A stretch of DNA of 63,280 nt, the filler included, from Octopus bimaculoides (lineage: Eukaryota): assembly GCF_001194135.2 (NCBI RefSeq). It is 4 parts of 3 records of this genome, joined end to end, with 100 filler letters (N's around TTAATTAATTAA, not from the genome) between each part and the next. Parts side by side here need not be neighbours in the genome. Positions count along the whole stretch, not along the records: positions 25,790 to 42,954 come from NC_068982.1; 3 more parts are not named here. One strand, 5' to 3'. Each line of letters begins with the position of its first letter. Position 1 is the stretch's first letter. A program made the position numbers and the translations under genes. Below, piece by piece: positions 26,011 through 39,589 of this stretch. Below the pieces are notes generated by a model that did no database searches, was not told the origin of the DNA, and worked only from the letters and a program-made list of their open reading frames with translations.

Positions 26011-27169
26011 TATGAAAGAATTGAACATTAAGAAAAATTAAAGAGAAAAACTGTTAGAGACATCAGTTACAGGCATACAGTGCCAATGGAACAAGATTTC
26101 TATAAACTGTTTTCCATTTAGTGAAAGGGAAAGAAAAGAAAGAAAGAAGAGAAAAAGGCAGATAGGGAATCTATTTAACATATGGAACCGTATGTCTGAG
26201 AAGGAAGGTTATTCTGGACTACTGACCTAATTGTATGGAGTGTCTTTCCACAGCCAGCAGCCAGTCAACCAACCGCACACACTCACACTTTTTTCCTTCT
26301 TATTTTCGTTTTCTGTCTCTATATCTACCGCACACCATACACATTTACATACAAAGATTATACTCACAAGGCGAGTGAGTTGGTACAAACGATATACCAT
26401 CATCGGATTACATGCAGAGCAAGAAGACTGAGCTACGTGGCCGCTCAACCTGCTAAAACAAGTAATCAAACCTCGCTCGTATAAAAAGGAAAGGACACAC
26501 ATGTGTCAAGGATAACATAGCCCTAGAAGTACGTCATATAAAAAGCCATTGCGACCATGGCTTGAGCATCTTTGATCATAAGACAACTCACGTCGGTGTT
26601 CACCTTGAACTTACTCGACAACATTTAAAAGTATGTCAGATGTTTCTGAGTTCAATCCTCTACGTCGCCATAAAAAAAAAAAAACTTTTATCTTTAATCC
26701 ATCTGGGATCAATAAAAAGACGGGATAAAAGAAAGTATTAATGCAGATTGGCGCCTTTCACTGTGTTAATGTAGATTGACGCAGCTGTAAGAATGTCAGA
26801 TCGGGTGCCTTGCAGTATGTTTCAGTTCGCTGCTTTCTGAGTTCAAATTGCGCTATGATTTAATCCATCGCCCGATTTGATACCAATATCGGGCACCTTC
26901 TCTGCCATTAGCGGAGTCAACTCTTTCACAAACATTCTGGTTTGGGAATACATTCCTCCCTCACTTCCATCAAACTCAGAAACCCTGCAACAGATCATGG
27001 ATTCTGCTTTGCCTTCTGACCAAGAAATTAAAAGAAGAAAAAAATCTTCCAAAGCTTTATTATTTTAATCGATCGTAAAAGACGGCGAATATGACGTGTA
27101 TATAAATACAGAAAGACAAAATAGAATAGACAGAACACGACCAGAGAGGAGTAGAGATATGAGGAACAG

Positions 27170-27215
27170 GAAGTTACTGAAGAGATCACAGAATGTGTGA
27201 CGAAAGAACTCCGAT
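27170..27215 (+). ncRNA. Hammerhead-ribozyme-like core, probably decayed and Penelope-associated
   Basis: CTGAAGA (27177-27183), a stem G(A)TCACA/TGTGAC, then GAAA (27202-27205). Stems I and III are not convincingly paired. Confidence 0.35.
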
Positions 27216-27419
27216 AATAAAGTTAAAGTGGAGATCAAACAAATATTGCGTGTGCGTGTACGTATGTATGTATCTATGCGTACGCGCGTGCGCCTGTGTG
27301 TGTATGTGTGTGGTTTTTGCCTATATCAGAAAATAACTTAAACTTAATCAGACACTATCACTGTGTCTAAGCTAAGCTTCAGATTTAAGATGACTAAATG
27401 TATACCTTATGACGAACTA

Positions 27420-28700
27420 CTCGCTAATTTAAAACTCGAAATACAGGAACAACATGAAGAACTTCCAAGGAACCCCTAAAGAAGCCCACTTCTTGTCCAA
27501 AAGCCAGAGCGTCTTTGTACACTTGAATAGGCCCTAAAACGTCTATGAAATGAAGCCACTCGCACAAAACATGGCAAATATTTACAAAGAAAAAAAAAGT
27601 AACCAAATAACCTTGAGGTTATCACCAAGTCTCAACACAGAATCTGCGTTCTAATCCTAAAAACTTCAGCCTCCCTACAAAGGTTACAAAAAGTTATACA
27701 GCCACCCCTCTACTAGATTAATAATCCAGACTAAACCACAATTAAGCAGATATTGAGAGAAAAATCGTAGACAGAATCATCCTCACAGTCAAAAACAATT
27801 CCTACCTATCATTGTGGAGTAATAGCATAGAGAAAATGTAAACTTTCACACAATTCGACGTTAACAACTAGCACCTTTCAATTGCTTGATCCAAAATTTA
27901 TCACCTATATGGATCCAACATCTTGAGGTACGTTATAAAATCTGTAATTTTCTTCAATTACAGCTTATTGATTAAAAGTATTCCACTCATCCTTTTTGAC
28001 CTCAACATGAGCACATTCGATTCAGCCGAAGAAAGTGACTTGATCGACTTATTCAAGATGAAATAAAAACAAAATCTCTTCCCATCAACAGAGATGACAG
28101 TTTTCTTTATTTTTAATCCTGAAAAGCATAAACCCCATCATTATAGAAAACAAAGAAAAAAAAAAACTAAGTACTTTAACTGTATTATCATCAACACCAT
28201 CATTAAAGGAGTCGGTTTTCGAGTTATCTTAAATCTTACCAGCTCCTAATACCATCCGTTGAAGAAACGCAGCGAAACCTTGTAATATATACACACTTTA
28301 TCGAATCATATAACTATAATTTAAAAGCCCTCCAAAAACATTTGGCTTCGTCCCGCTCAGCATTCATGCAACTAATATTGCTTTAGTGGTTTTAAATATA
28401 AAACACATTTCATAAAAAAACCATAAGAACTCCAGAACAAAAGAGACGAGATATGTTAAGCAAATCTCATTTAACTTTAAAGTAACAATACCCGTAGCTA
28501 ATTCTTCCTAAATTCATTTTTAAAACAACACTTTATCAAAAAGGCGTTTGTACCTACATATAAAACACCTAAAGGCACCCAACTCCACGCTCAAAATGCA
28601 GCGAGAAAAAAGACAACACACATACATTTTTACTTCCATATTGATGCATCCAACACCAATAAACAGATTGTAAAAGAGAATATTAATTATCTAGATAATT
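27420..28700 (+). mobile_element. Highly decayed Penelope-like element, RT region
   Basis: Fragments TRLIIQTKPQLSR..KIVDRII..LSLWSNS, LFDLNMSTFDSAEESDLIDL and LNLTSS.YHP.KKR....YIHTLSNH. These resemble PLE motifs RLINPAKSEIG, FDVTMGSFDGAE.CELVG and YIH..SNHP. Confidence 0.6.
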
Positions 28701-28915
28701 AGTGGTTAATAAAAACATATTTTACCAATTTATGATTAGTTATTCGCGTTCAAATCTGTTAGAGCGCATATTAATACGTATAGTGCTTTCTCGATATTCA
28801 TCTAATTCTTTGTGCACGCTTAAGCGCCCAGTTCTACGCACCTCTGAGTGTTTTTCTGTGTGTGAACATCTGTGTGCTCCTCATGTTACTGCCACATACA
28901 TCATGCACTACTAGC

Positions 28916-29134
28916 AAGGCGGTGAGCTGGCAGAAACGTTAGCACGCCGGGCGAAATGCTTAGCGGTATTTCGTCTGCCGCTACGTTCTGAGTTCAAATT
29001 CCGCCGAGGTCGACTTTGCCTTTCATCCTTTCGGGGTCGATTAAATAAGTACCAGTCACGCACTGGAGTCAATATAATCGACTTAATCCGTTTGTCCCCT
29101 CTGTATGTAGCCCCTTGTGGGTAGTAAAGAAATA
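28916..29134 (+). mobile_element. Family B tRNA-derived SINE, well-preserved copy
   Basis: A box gagctggcagaaacg, B box gagttcaaattcc, core gcctttcatcctttcggggtcgattaaataagtaccag. Confidence 0.9.
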
Positions 29135-30036
29135 ACACCATGCACTACTTTGATCAAATATCGAACACTCCTCAAACAGCTCTTCAACTTAGGCTACTGT
29201 CCATACGACGGGCTACTACAGATTTCGTCTAATCTAATTTCTCTCACAACATTCGGATTGAATGCAACTATGTTGAAAAAAAAAAAAAAAACTTACTCAA
29301 GTTGCCACGCAGAGGGATCGTAAACTGGAACCACAAGTTTAAGGAACGAGTTTCACACAAACACACCTATATGTAGGCGCGCGCACACACATGCAGGACA
29401 GCACACTCACATGCAGGCGCGCGCGCACATACATGCAGGTGCACGCGTACACATGCGGGGCGCGCGCATACAAAATAACCAAAACAAAATTATTTTACTC
29501 TTTTCTTCAAATGCTTGTTTGGAATGGGGAATTTCATAGCTAACTGAATTTATTTCAGTACTTGACGAGTAATTATCTTATCGATCTCAGAATGGTGTTG
29601 GATAAAGTTGACTTCAGTAGGATATGAACTCAGAAAAGAAATCAGCCTATCTGATACTTCATTACAAAACATAATTATCAGGATAATTTCTAGCATTAGA
29701 ACAACGATAGAAACTTTTATAAGCGGGGAGCAAAGGTTAAATCAGAGCTTTACTGGTATTGTTTTATCGATCTCGGAAAATTAAACAAAGTCTACCACGG
29801 TGGGATTTGAAATCAGAATGTAAATAAATGTAACTAAAACCCGCAAGGTAGATTCTCCGCCGACAATGTACCAAACCCGCCAAATTTCTTTCACAATGAA
29901 AATATTTTATCCAATGCTGCAAAACATCAACTCTGAGGGTTTGTTTCTTTTTCTTTCTTTATCATTTTTCTTTTATCTATTTATTTATTACATTATTTCA
30001 TTTAACCTTGAAAGTTTAGCCTTTAACACACACCAT

Positions 30037-30107
<71 letters not shown>

Positions 30108-30656
30108 AGTGACAAGCTGACAAGCAAATGTTAGAATAAATTTCCTAGATCTAGTTCACTGAGACTAATCTTGAACTTTGCTCTTTGTTGAAGGATTTCA
30201 GAAATGTCTACAGCAGGGAACGTAGACAGTGGATCATAGCAAGGTTTCTTTGGCTTATTTATTTCTGTCGAGAATATCTTTTTTTCTTTTTCTGTCTATA
30301 ATTATGTCAGCAAGTATAAACTCTGCTGATATTGTTACTTAGCTTGCAATGAATTATAAAGTAGGAAACAGACAGATAGGGATAATAACGAATGAAAAAA
30401 TACATAAGAAAAATAAATGGGTAAGACTTCTAAACTTACGAATGCTATGATTCTATACTTCCCAAGTCAATCTTGGTTGAACAGATATATGACAGAAAGC
30501 ATCCAAGCCACGGGCATCTCGTTTGATTTTCCAGAATGGTGTACCTTAGACAAGCTGTTCTTAAAAAGACAAATAGTAGTTTCGCTTCGAATATAAAAAT
30601 TTTCTGCCTCTTTTTCACTCCTAATGAGAAAACAAAATAAAGTTTGCAACCCCTCT

Positions 30657-30985
30657 TTTATTTTTTACTTGCTTCGGTCATAGGACTGTGGCCATAATGG
30701 GACACTAACTTGAAGGGTTTTAGTCGAACAAATCGACCCCAAGACTTATATTTAAGTCTGGAACTATTCTGTCGGTCTCTTTTCCAGAGCCTCTGAGTTA
30801 AAGAATACGTCAACAAACTAATACCAATTAACAAGTGATGGAGTGAATACAAACTCAGACATAAAGACACACATATAAGATGGGTTTCCATCTACCAAAT
30901 GCACTCACAAGGCAATGGTCGGCTCGGTGCTATAGTAGAATTGTCCAAGGTGCCATGCAGTGGAACTGAACCCGAAACCTTGGTA
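30657..30985 (-). mobile_element. Family C SINE
   Basis: Reverse complement of the family C body and head; ends ccaaggtgccatgcagtggaactgaacccg. Confidence 0.8.
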
Positions 30986-31789
30986 TCGGACAAGTTAAAA
31001 AAGTTTGAAGCTATCTTAATTTAACATTACAATTCAACCACGCTTTTCAATCCTCACATCTCGACCCCTATGAGAGACACTGTCCAGGGCAATATTATAT
31101 GTTTCCTTTTTTTTAAGGTGGTAGGATATGACTTCAGAATGATTTGGCCAGAATGTCTAGCATTTTGAGGAACTATCTAGAAGCTTCTCATCGCATCAAA
31201 TGTAAAGTAGGATGGAAGGCTTCAGTACATCTATCGATGCCACATGAAAGATAATCTCATTATAAAAGAAAAATACAATAACGAAAAAAATAACGTAAAA
31301 ACAATAGAAAGTTAACTAATGTATTATTAATGTACTGTTAATAATTATTTCTACTATAGACACAATGCTTGAAACTGTGGGGAAGGGCTAAGGCTTTAAA
31401 TAACCCCAGTGTTCGACTGGCATTTTATGAACCCCGAAATGATGATAGGCAAATGAGAAATTTGAACTGGGAACGTAAAGCTGGAAGACATGCTACTAAA
31501 TACTTAGTTTGTCATGCTAAAGAGTCTGCCAGTTCATCACCTTTAATGAACTATTCATAATGCTTTGTAGATATGTTTGTTTGGCAAATTACTTGATGAG
31601 AGGTCACGTGGTAAAAGTGATACAAAAGAATCGTAATTCGGACCATCCTGATAGTCGCTTTAAAATACATACATATTGTATATTGTTGTTATATTAACTT
31701 TTGTTATCTTTTGGTAGCACTGATATATATAAAAAGGGGAGAGAGAGGGGGGTGAGGATGAGGTTTTTTAAAAAGTGATAAACTATTTA

Positions 31790-33140
31790 CAAAAAATGCC
31801 ACTAACAGAATGTCACTAACCTTTGGTAGTATGGATTTCCTAAACCCTATTCTAGAAGGAACAGATAAAGAAACTATCCTAGTTAGCTTTGACATAACCA
31901 GTCTCTTCACAAATATCCCCTATGGATTAGAAACAGTAGAAATCCGGGTAGATAAATACCCACAAAGAATTCGGGAGAGGTTCCCAAAAGAATCTATACT
32001 TGAAGGATTATGGTTAGTACTAGAAAACAACAACTTCTTTGATAACCAATATTATCTACAAGTACAAGGAATGACAATGGGGACGAAAGTCGCACCAACG
32101 TTTGCGTCACTAGTAATGGGGTACCTAGAAGAAAAAATGTATACATTGTCCAGAATTACATTTGATCATTATTTACAAATCTATTTAATAGGGAATCTGG
32201 AAAAGACTCCTGAGTGACTGCTTCATATTTTGGAACAAAAGTAAGGAGGACTGTATAAGATCCCTTAAATTAATAAACTCAGGGCGGTGCCCCAGCATGG
32301 TCACAGTCTAATGACTGAAACAAGTAAGAAAAAACTCATTCATGAATCGCTACAATTTACTATGTATATAAATGAAAAGGAGCTCCCTTTTCTGAACATT
32401 CTCATGATTACTACCCTTCCCGTTCAAAAAGGAACATACTATTCAATATGGTAAGACATATATGCTCAGACGAGAGAAATGACTGGCAGAATTAAACATG
32501 TTCCTTCAAAAACAGAAATACCCACAAAAATTAGTAAATCATGACATAGCCAAAGCAAAAGAAACCCCAATCTATGACCTTACGGAGAAATACTTATGCT
32601 AAAGGTGTAAACGAAAATGCAAATATTCCATTTGTATTCACCTCAGAACCACAACTTCCCAATTCCATATTAATTCACTCTCTGACGAATAAAAAATTAC
32701 AAACAACCGAAGACAACTACCAAAACCTCAAGAGACTTCTAACCAAGGCGAAAGTTACATCGGAGAAAGAAATAATACAAGTAAAAAACTTTGGAAACCC
32801 TTGTTGTGGGACATGCGAAATAAATGAGCAAAGAAAAATAAAACGGTTCAAGAATGGAAAGGAATTGAAAGTAAATGCGAAGTTAAATTTCAAAAAAAGA
32901 AACCCATTTACAGCATCACAGGTCAACCACACAATGAGAATTACATTGGAGAGACAGGGACAAAACTAACCAGTCGTGTAAACGTGCATAAATAATCAAA
33001 TGTTCCATCTAGTAAACATCTTGACATTTATGCCATTGGAAAGTTTAAAATGTTCCTCTTTTACAAAATACATGATGAAACTATCAACTACGATAGGCAT
33101 AAAAAGGACATTTTATAAGAATCCTAAATCCCAAACTAGC
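31790..33140 (+). mobile_element. Decayed Penelope-like element (RT + GIY-YIG endonuclease)
   Basis: Translates to LVSFDITSLFTNIP...QVQGMTMGTKVAPTFASLVMGYLE, FGNPCCGTC, and YIGETGTKLTSRVNVH at about 32940. Confidence 0.85.
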
Positions 33141-33429
33141 CCGGAAACAACACTATTATAAAAAAACCCAACTTTTTTATGCATTAGCATGAAATGCGTA
33201 TATTTGAAGAGTTGAAAAATAAAAGCGCTTACTCACAAAATATACACAATCTTTCACAAAGGTTTCTGGCATTCTGTTAAATAAGACATGTTTTTAAATA
33301 GTTGATTATTTAAATTGCATTCGTACAGCAGACTTTTCAAGAAAGAAGGGTATAATTCAATGGGAGTTAGTAATTCATAAGAGAAGCTTTACTTTATAAC
33401 ATACATATTCGAATATAGTGATAGCGAAT

Positions 33430-33471
<42 letters not shown>

Positions 33472-34165
33472 GTACTTGTTATTTTTCTCCTCGTGTGATT
33501 CCTCTTTCTTTCTGAAGAAGAAATATCAGTCTGAAATGTTGACACTAATTTCAACAGCTCAGACGGTAAACTTTATCCTTGCTCTGTTGTTCTTTCTGTT
33601 TATAATGTTTACTGACTTCAGATTACTCACACTCACACACACACACACACACACAATCTATGTATATAGATGCATAAGTACATGCATTTTCCTTATAACA
33701 GTTTGAATTGAGCCTCAGGTTATCTTTGATTGACCTGAGAGTAAACAACAGCAGCAGAAGTTGCAATACTAGCCTGCCCATATTAAGTCATCGCAGACCA
33801 TTTAATTTGTTTTTCAGTGATCTTGGTGAAAAACCATGTAATACAGTTTGTAAATAGCTCTTTACCAGATGGTTTTCTCTAATTTTTAACTAATAAGAAT
33901 TAGCAGTGTCTATATTAATCATTTTGTCTCGTATGTTGAGGTTACTAACCTCTGTGGGATTGATATATAAAGAACTTTATTGTTATATGTCAGAGTTTAA
34001 CTATTCAAATTTCTGTTGATTAATATTTACAGTATTTTATTCGCATACATGAAAGTATCGTTGCGGATGTTACAAAACCTAGGAGTGGCATTTGTATAAA
34101 ATTTGACTAGAAGTTTGTTCAGAGATACCATATTTTGTTGTTATGTTTACATCCAAGATTATCAA

Positions 34166-34208
34166 TCCCCTAAAACGACACAATACCTTCTTGTGTCGTT
34201 TTAGGGGA
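34166..34208. repeat. Perfect 18-bp inverted repeat with a 7-nt loop
   Basis: tcccctaaaacgacacaa-taccttc-ttgtgtcgttttagggga. Confidence 0.95.
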
Positions 34209-35106
34209 CTTCTGTCGTTTTGGGTATTCATTAATGTGATTGTATGACTCCTATTTTTATATATTTATCGAGAAAAGCACTATTTGTTGATTTACGATGA
34301 ACTTAGCTTAACACTGTGTTTATACACCATCATTCTTATGTACTGAATGATAAAGAAAGTCTTCCTTTAACATATGTAGCTTTTGTTTCTTATGAGATCA
34401 TCTGTACAAATGGTTAATTTGGTCAATGGTACTCCTTGAGGGCATTGAGAGCTCACAAGAGATGGTAATATCAGGTCAGGGGCGTCAGGTATCTAGAGGT
34501 TATCAAGATTTTACTTAGAAATACAGAATTTGATCAGATACAATATTTATATTCTACACATATTTTCAAAATCTTTTTTGGGATTAGAATATGAATAGGA
34601 TAAAGTGCTATTAGTGAGCAGAATCAAGAGTAACAATGCACCAAGGTTTTATATAACTTCGTTAGATAAACTGTCACATTTTCTGCAAGAATATAGGAGG
34701 CAAAAGTTTATGCAAATACGTAAAGAGGTACATGTTAGATGGAATACTGTATGAAAATATGGACAATGAGCCACCGAATGAAATTAACTATATGATTAAA
34801 GTAATCTACTGTCTTTTGTGAATCTTCAACCAAAAAANNNNNNNNNNNNNNNNNNNNNNNNNNNNNNNNNNNNNNNNNNNNNNNNNNNNNNNNNNNNNNN
34901 NNNNNNNNNNNNNNNNNNNNNNNNNNNNNNNNNNNNNNNNNNNNNNNNNNNNNNNNNNNNNNNNNNNNNNNNNNNNNNNNNNNNNNNNNNNNNNNNNNNN
35001 NNNNNNNNNNNNNNNNNNNNNNNNNNNNNNNNNNNNNNNNNNNNNNNNNNNNNNNNNNNNNNNNNNNNNNNNNNNNNNNNNNNNNNNNNNNNNNNNNNNN
35101 NNNNNN

Positions 35107-35142
<36 letters not shown>

Positions 35143-36439
35143 GTCACTTATTTATCCTAGACAAAACCTCTTTTACTCAAAGTACATAAACACGAGCCCA
35201 ATTTTCGGAGGAGAGATTTAGCCAAATTCTGATAATCCACGGCATAAGCCGAAAATTTGTTGTGAGTTGTCATTTGATTAAGTCATTTCCGTACTTGACT
35301 AGTACTTATTTTATTAATCCCGGGCGGGTGTAAAGCGAAGTTGACCGTGGCGTGATTTGAACTCAGAATAAGAAGGAGTTTGACCAAAAATACTTGGACG
35401 CGTGTGTGCGTAAATCACGTACATAAATCACAACCATTCTTTACATACACTAATTGCGTATATGTTCATGTTTATATGTGAACATCTTTTAGTAATATTG
35501 AGGCAGGCTAAACTTTTGTCATACAAAATACAATTTATAGAGATACATCAAAGTAAATAAATGTTTCGTTTCGCATTTTCATTTCACTTCACACTCACAC
35601 AAACACGCGCGGCAAAGTGCACACACATACACACACACACACAAAATGCTGTTTATCTTGGAGTCTCTCCAATTGCCCTCAGGAATTTCAATTGCACTTT
35701 CAGCATTCAACTACCCCTTGTTGTTTGTGATTCATTGCTTGTCTCCACCTTGAAACCAGCTGACTCACTCATGTCAGCCAACACGATTTTGCCCTTTAAC
35801 AGTAATGAACGTTGTAATGCAGAACATCTACTCAACCCGCCCACCAGTGCTTAAGTGTATGACCAATCTGATGAATTAAACAGAAAACAATGCATTTTTT
35901 GCAGTATAATTTAGAATAGACATTCACATATGATGTGTTACGTATTTAGATGCAACATGTGATATGCAAAGGGTTAAATGCTTATAAAACCATTGAGACA
36001 AGATATGACAAAACATGTTCGTACAACAATACATGATACGTGTGAACCAAAAGATAACTAGCATAAACGAAAACGGCCATGAACTCATTTTATGCGCACA
36101 TACTAACACAATATCACTATAAAGACCAATACACTCACAGATACACATACACACGACCAAATCCTTATACCGTTTTAAGTTGCATTAGTTATACGTAACA
36201 CATTACTGAAAAGCAAAATATGTCAGAAGAGCAACGTCGGATAGAATGGCATTCAGAATTTATTGCTGCTCTTTGCGCTGCAGGTTCAAATCCAACTGCG
36301 CCTAGCTTTGCCTTTCAACCTTTCATCTCTATAATTTGTATCTTGACCTACAAAAATTTAACCTGCGTTGAATATTTCTGTTAACAATAGTATATGTGAG
36401 ATTGATATTTACATGTAAAATACAAATGCTTTATGCACA

Positions 36440-36650
36440 AGCACACTTTTTACGCACGCACACACACACACGCACACGCACACACGCACACGCACGCACA
36501 CACGCACACACACGCACACNNNNNNNNNNNCACGCACACGCACGCACACGCACGCACACGCACGCACACGCACGCACGCACACACGCACGCGCACGCACA
36601 CACACACACACACACACACGCACGCGCGCGCGCGCACGTAAATGTTGCAC
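36440..36650. repeat. (GCAC)n/(CA)n alternating purine-pyrimidine tract
   Basis: Seen directly; includes a 10-N gap. Confidence 0.9.
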
Positions 36651-36954
36651 TGAAGCAGAATCATTTTTGTCAAATTGAAATTATTTGTGCGGATGTAATT
36701 ATTAGTGCTATACTAGAGTTGCAGATTGGTATGCGTGCTATAACACCAGACAATAATCTTTACATATATGTTCCGGCTCTTTGCCTTTTGAAGCTAGAAC
36801 TAATTCCGGCTATTTCTCCCGCCCACATCGTGGAGGGAAATGGATCATTCGGAACCTGAGTGACAGAACCTGACAACTTCATTGTCAGGAGGGCTGCCGG
36901 AAGGGTTTAAGCAATGTCACGATTGTATCACATACATATATGAATGCAAACTCT

Positions 36955-37220
36955 TTCTGCCACAAGGTCCACTCCTTGTTGGGGTACGGTAGCTTGTGTG
37001 CCCCGCAGGCCTTGAGAGCTATACCAGCTGAGTTGAATATATCAAGGGGCAGAAGTTAAAGATCAAAGGATGAAAAAAAGTTACAGAAGCATCGATGACA
37101 ATTCAAAACTAACAAGACCTGAGAATAGAAAGCCTTACACCCGAGAGCTGAGAACAGTGTAGACAAGTCGTCGATGGTCTATGCTGTGTACGGAATGAAG
37201 GGCTTGAGTAAGTAAGTAAA
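36955..37220 (+). mobile_element. Possible internally deleted RTE derivative (5'UTR-like part plus 3' end with an (AAGT)n tail)
   Basis: ggggtacggtagcttgtgtgccccgcaggccttgagagctatacc ... gtcgtcgatggtctatgct...gggcttgagtaagtaagtaa. Confidence 0.5.
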
Positions 37221-37715
37221 AACAGGAACTTCACTGAAACTGGATAAAGGATATTACAGAAAAAAGTCAAGTAAAATAGTGTTAGATGATGGCTGTCATC
37301 TTCTAATACTAAAGAAGTTATGTTACCATTGTCTTTTTTTTTTTCTAAAGTGCTACGTTACTGTTTGATGGCAAATAGGTGGAATTTGAACTCAGAATAC
37401 ACAAATCCAGAACAGATGCCGCAAGTTCTCTCATCCACCAATCCATAGCATTGGTCTGGTAGTTTTGTTTATCGATCTCGAAAGTTTGAAAGTAAAGTTA
37501 ACCTTGAAACTCAGCGCAGAGAGCCGGAACAAATACAGTAAGGCATTTTATCCAATACTCTGCCAATTCTTCACCTTAAATCAAGAAGTAATCAAAGAAA
37601 AAGAAAAAACACTACTCACATATGACACTATGAAAACTATAGAGGTGTACATGGTGTCGCAGTGGAAAAAACTACGTATATTATTCGGAAATGAGACAAT
37701 TTTTTGAAAATAATA

Positions 37716-37925
37716 ATAGCTTCAAATTTTGGCTCGAGGGCAGCAATTTTAGGGAAAGGATATAGTTGGTTATATCACCCCCAATGCTCAACTGGTACTT
37801 ATTTTATCGACCCTAAAAGGATGAAAGGCAAAGTTGACCTTGATGGTATTTGAGTTCTGAATGTAGAGTGGATATCTCGCAAAGTATTTTGTCAGATACG
37901 CTGAAGATTCTGTCAGCTCACTACT
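37716..37925 (-). mobile_element. Family B SINE
   Basis: actggtacttattttatcgaccctaaaaggatgaaaggcaaagttgacc is the reverse complement of the core. Confidence 0.8.
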
Positions 37926-38744
37926 TAAAAAAAAAATTATATCTAATGCTAGAATGATGCCACAAATGAGTCAAAAATTGAACGTGAAGTCCCTCTCTGT
38001 ACAGGATGCTTTTCTGAGCTCTTAGATCAGCCTCAAGTAGTTAAGGAAGAATCCTGAGCATAGCTTTATAGTTGAAAAGCACAAAATCAGGCATCGGGTA
38101 TTTGACTTAATCAAGAGTACATGTAAAGGATGAATATTAAGAGCAAATACAGAATACGTTACACATTTTATAAACATGTAGGCGCATACTGAATAACTGT
38201 ACGTACACACATATTTCTCGGTCGTAAAATGTTTCATCGACGGTTTGAAGCACGAACAAAAATATCAGTTACATAACAATCATATGAGGCAGGACAGCAA
38301 TCGACTAGACATAACGATCTACAATTAAGAATTGAAGTGAAGATATTAGCATGCATTGATATCACACTATCAGAAGATGCCAATCGTTTAAAAACTATGC
38401 CGAGAATGTGTGTGTGTGTGTGTGTGTGATATCGAGATGAACGGTACCAGAGAATTGGAAGTAAAGGTAGTTCCTGTTGTGTTTGGAATGCCAAGTTCCC
38501 TAATATTTATTTTACGGCTCCCAGAAAAAATATTCCTATAAGAGACTACAGAAGATCTTCACAACTAGGAAAAAATATATGAGAGTTCCTTATATAAAGT
38601 AATGTTTGCGTTTTGTTAATATCTATTTTCTTAGAAAATATTGACAGAAAAGCCACGAAATATAACTTGTGTTATTATACTACCATTACTACTTCCGTTG
38701 CTATTGTTAGTCGAACTAACCACATAATTTTTTTTTCTAAAAGT

Positions 38745-38880
38745 TTTGTGGAGTAGGGTTATTCTATGACTGATCCCAGCACTAGACCAGTATCTTATTT
38801 TTTCGACTTCGAAGGGCTGAAAAGTAATGTTGACCACAGTAGGATTTGAACTCAGAATGTAAAATGCCGGAAGACAAACT
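38745..38880 (-). mobile_element. Family B SINE, degenerate
   Basis: ccagtatcttatt..tcgacttcgaagggctgaaaag...ggatttgaactcagaatgt. Confidence 0.65.
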
Positions 38881-39589
38881 GGACGTTGATGGATATTGAA
38901 CTGAGAAACAAATCGAGCACTATGAAACAAAAACAAAAAACCAAACATGAACTATGTAAATTAGTCAAACGAGATTTCATCCTTCTACATCGCATATTTA
39001 ATTTTTTCATCATTTTCGTATTAAACATAAAAATAATATGAGACATTTACTGACTGCAAGTCAATATAATGACACATATATAACAGACATCACGAGGTTA
39101 ATTTTAGTTAATTAAAGTTAATTTTATAGAAACAATAATGTATATATCTATATTAGATAGTATTAGAGGGAATAATTAAACCAAGTATCAGATGGTGTCT
39201 TTTATGCAGGAATAATAAACAATCGATTCTATTTTTGACGTTGCAATACAATTGGATAAAAGTTCTCATAACAATGGCATAAATTCACCAAAATTTCTGC
39301 GACGGAAAAATAATAAAGAACCATACCGTTCAAAACTGTTTGAATATCGTGCTACTATATAAGAAAATAAATCTAAACAAAGGTAGTTTTCTTCGAAAAC
39401 CTATGCGAAGGGTGGGGGATGCCAAATCCAGCCATTCCAGCATTAATTTTATGAATTACGAACATAACTATACCAGAAATAAAAAAAAAAATTTAACTAA
39501 CAATCACGATATAATATAAATTAAGATAATAAAAATATCCCTTCAGACGGTTTACTTCTACCTTATGTAATAATACGAAACTGACTTAG

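Noticed and set aside
28916-29010. tRNA genes (A/B-box-like sequences)
   Set aside because: These are SINE heads continuous with SINE bodies, and no cloverleaf is evident.
30196-30245. Possible exon DFRNVYSRERRQWIIAR
   Set aside because: Weak donor (gtttct) and no supporting homology. A competing open frame exists on the other strand.
31590-31630. Degenerate hammerhead-like string (ttgatga...gtcac..gtgat..caaaa) upstream of the second Penelope remnant
   Set aside because: Both catalytic core segments are mutated, so it cannot be distinguished from chance.
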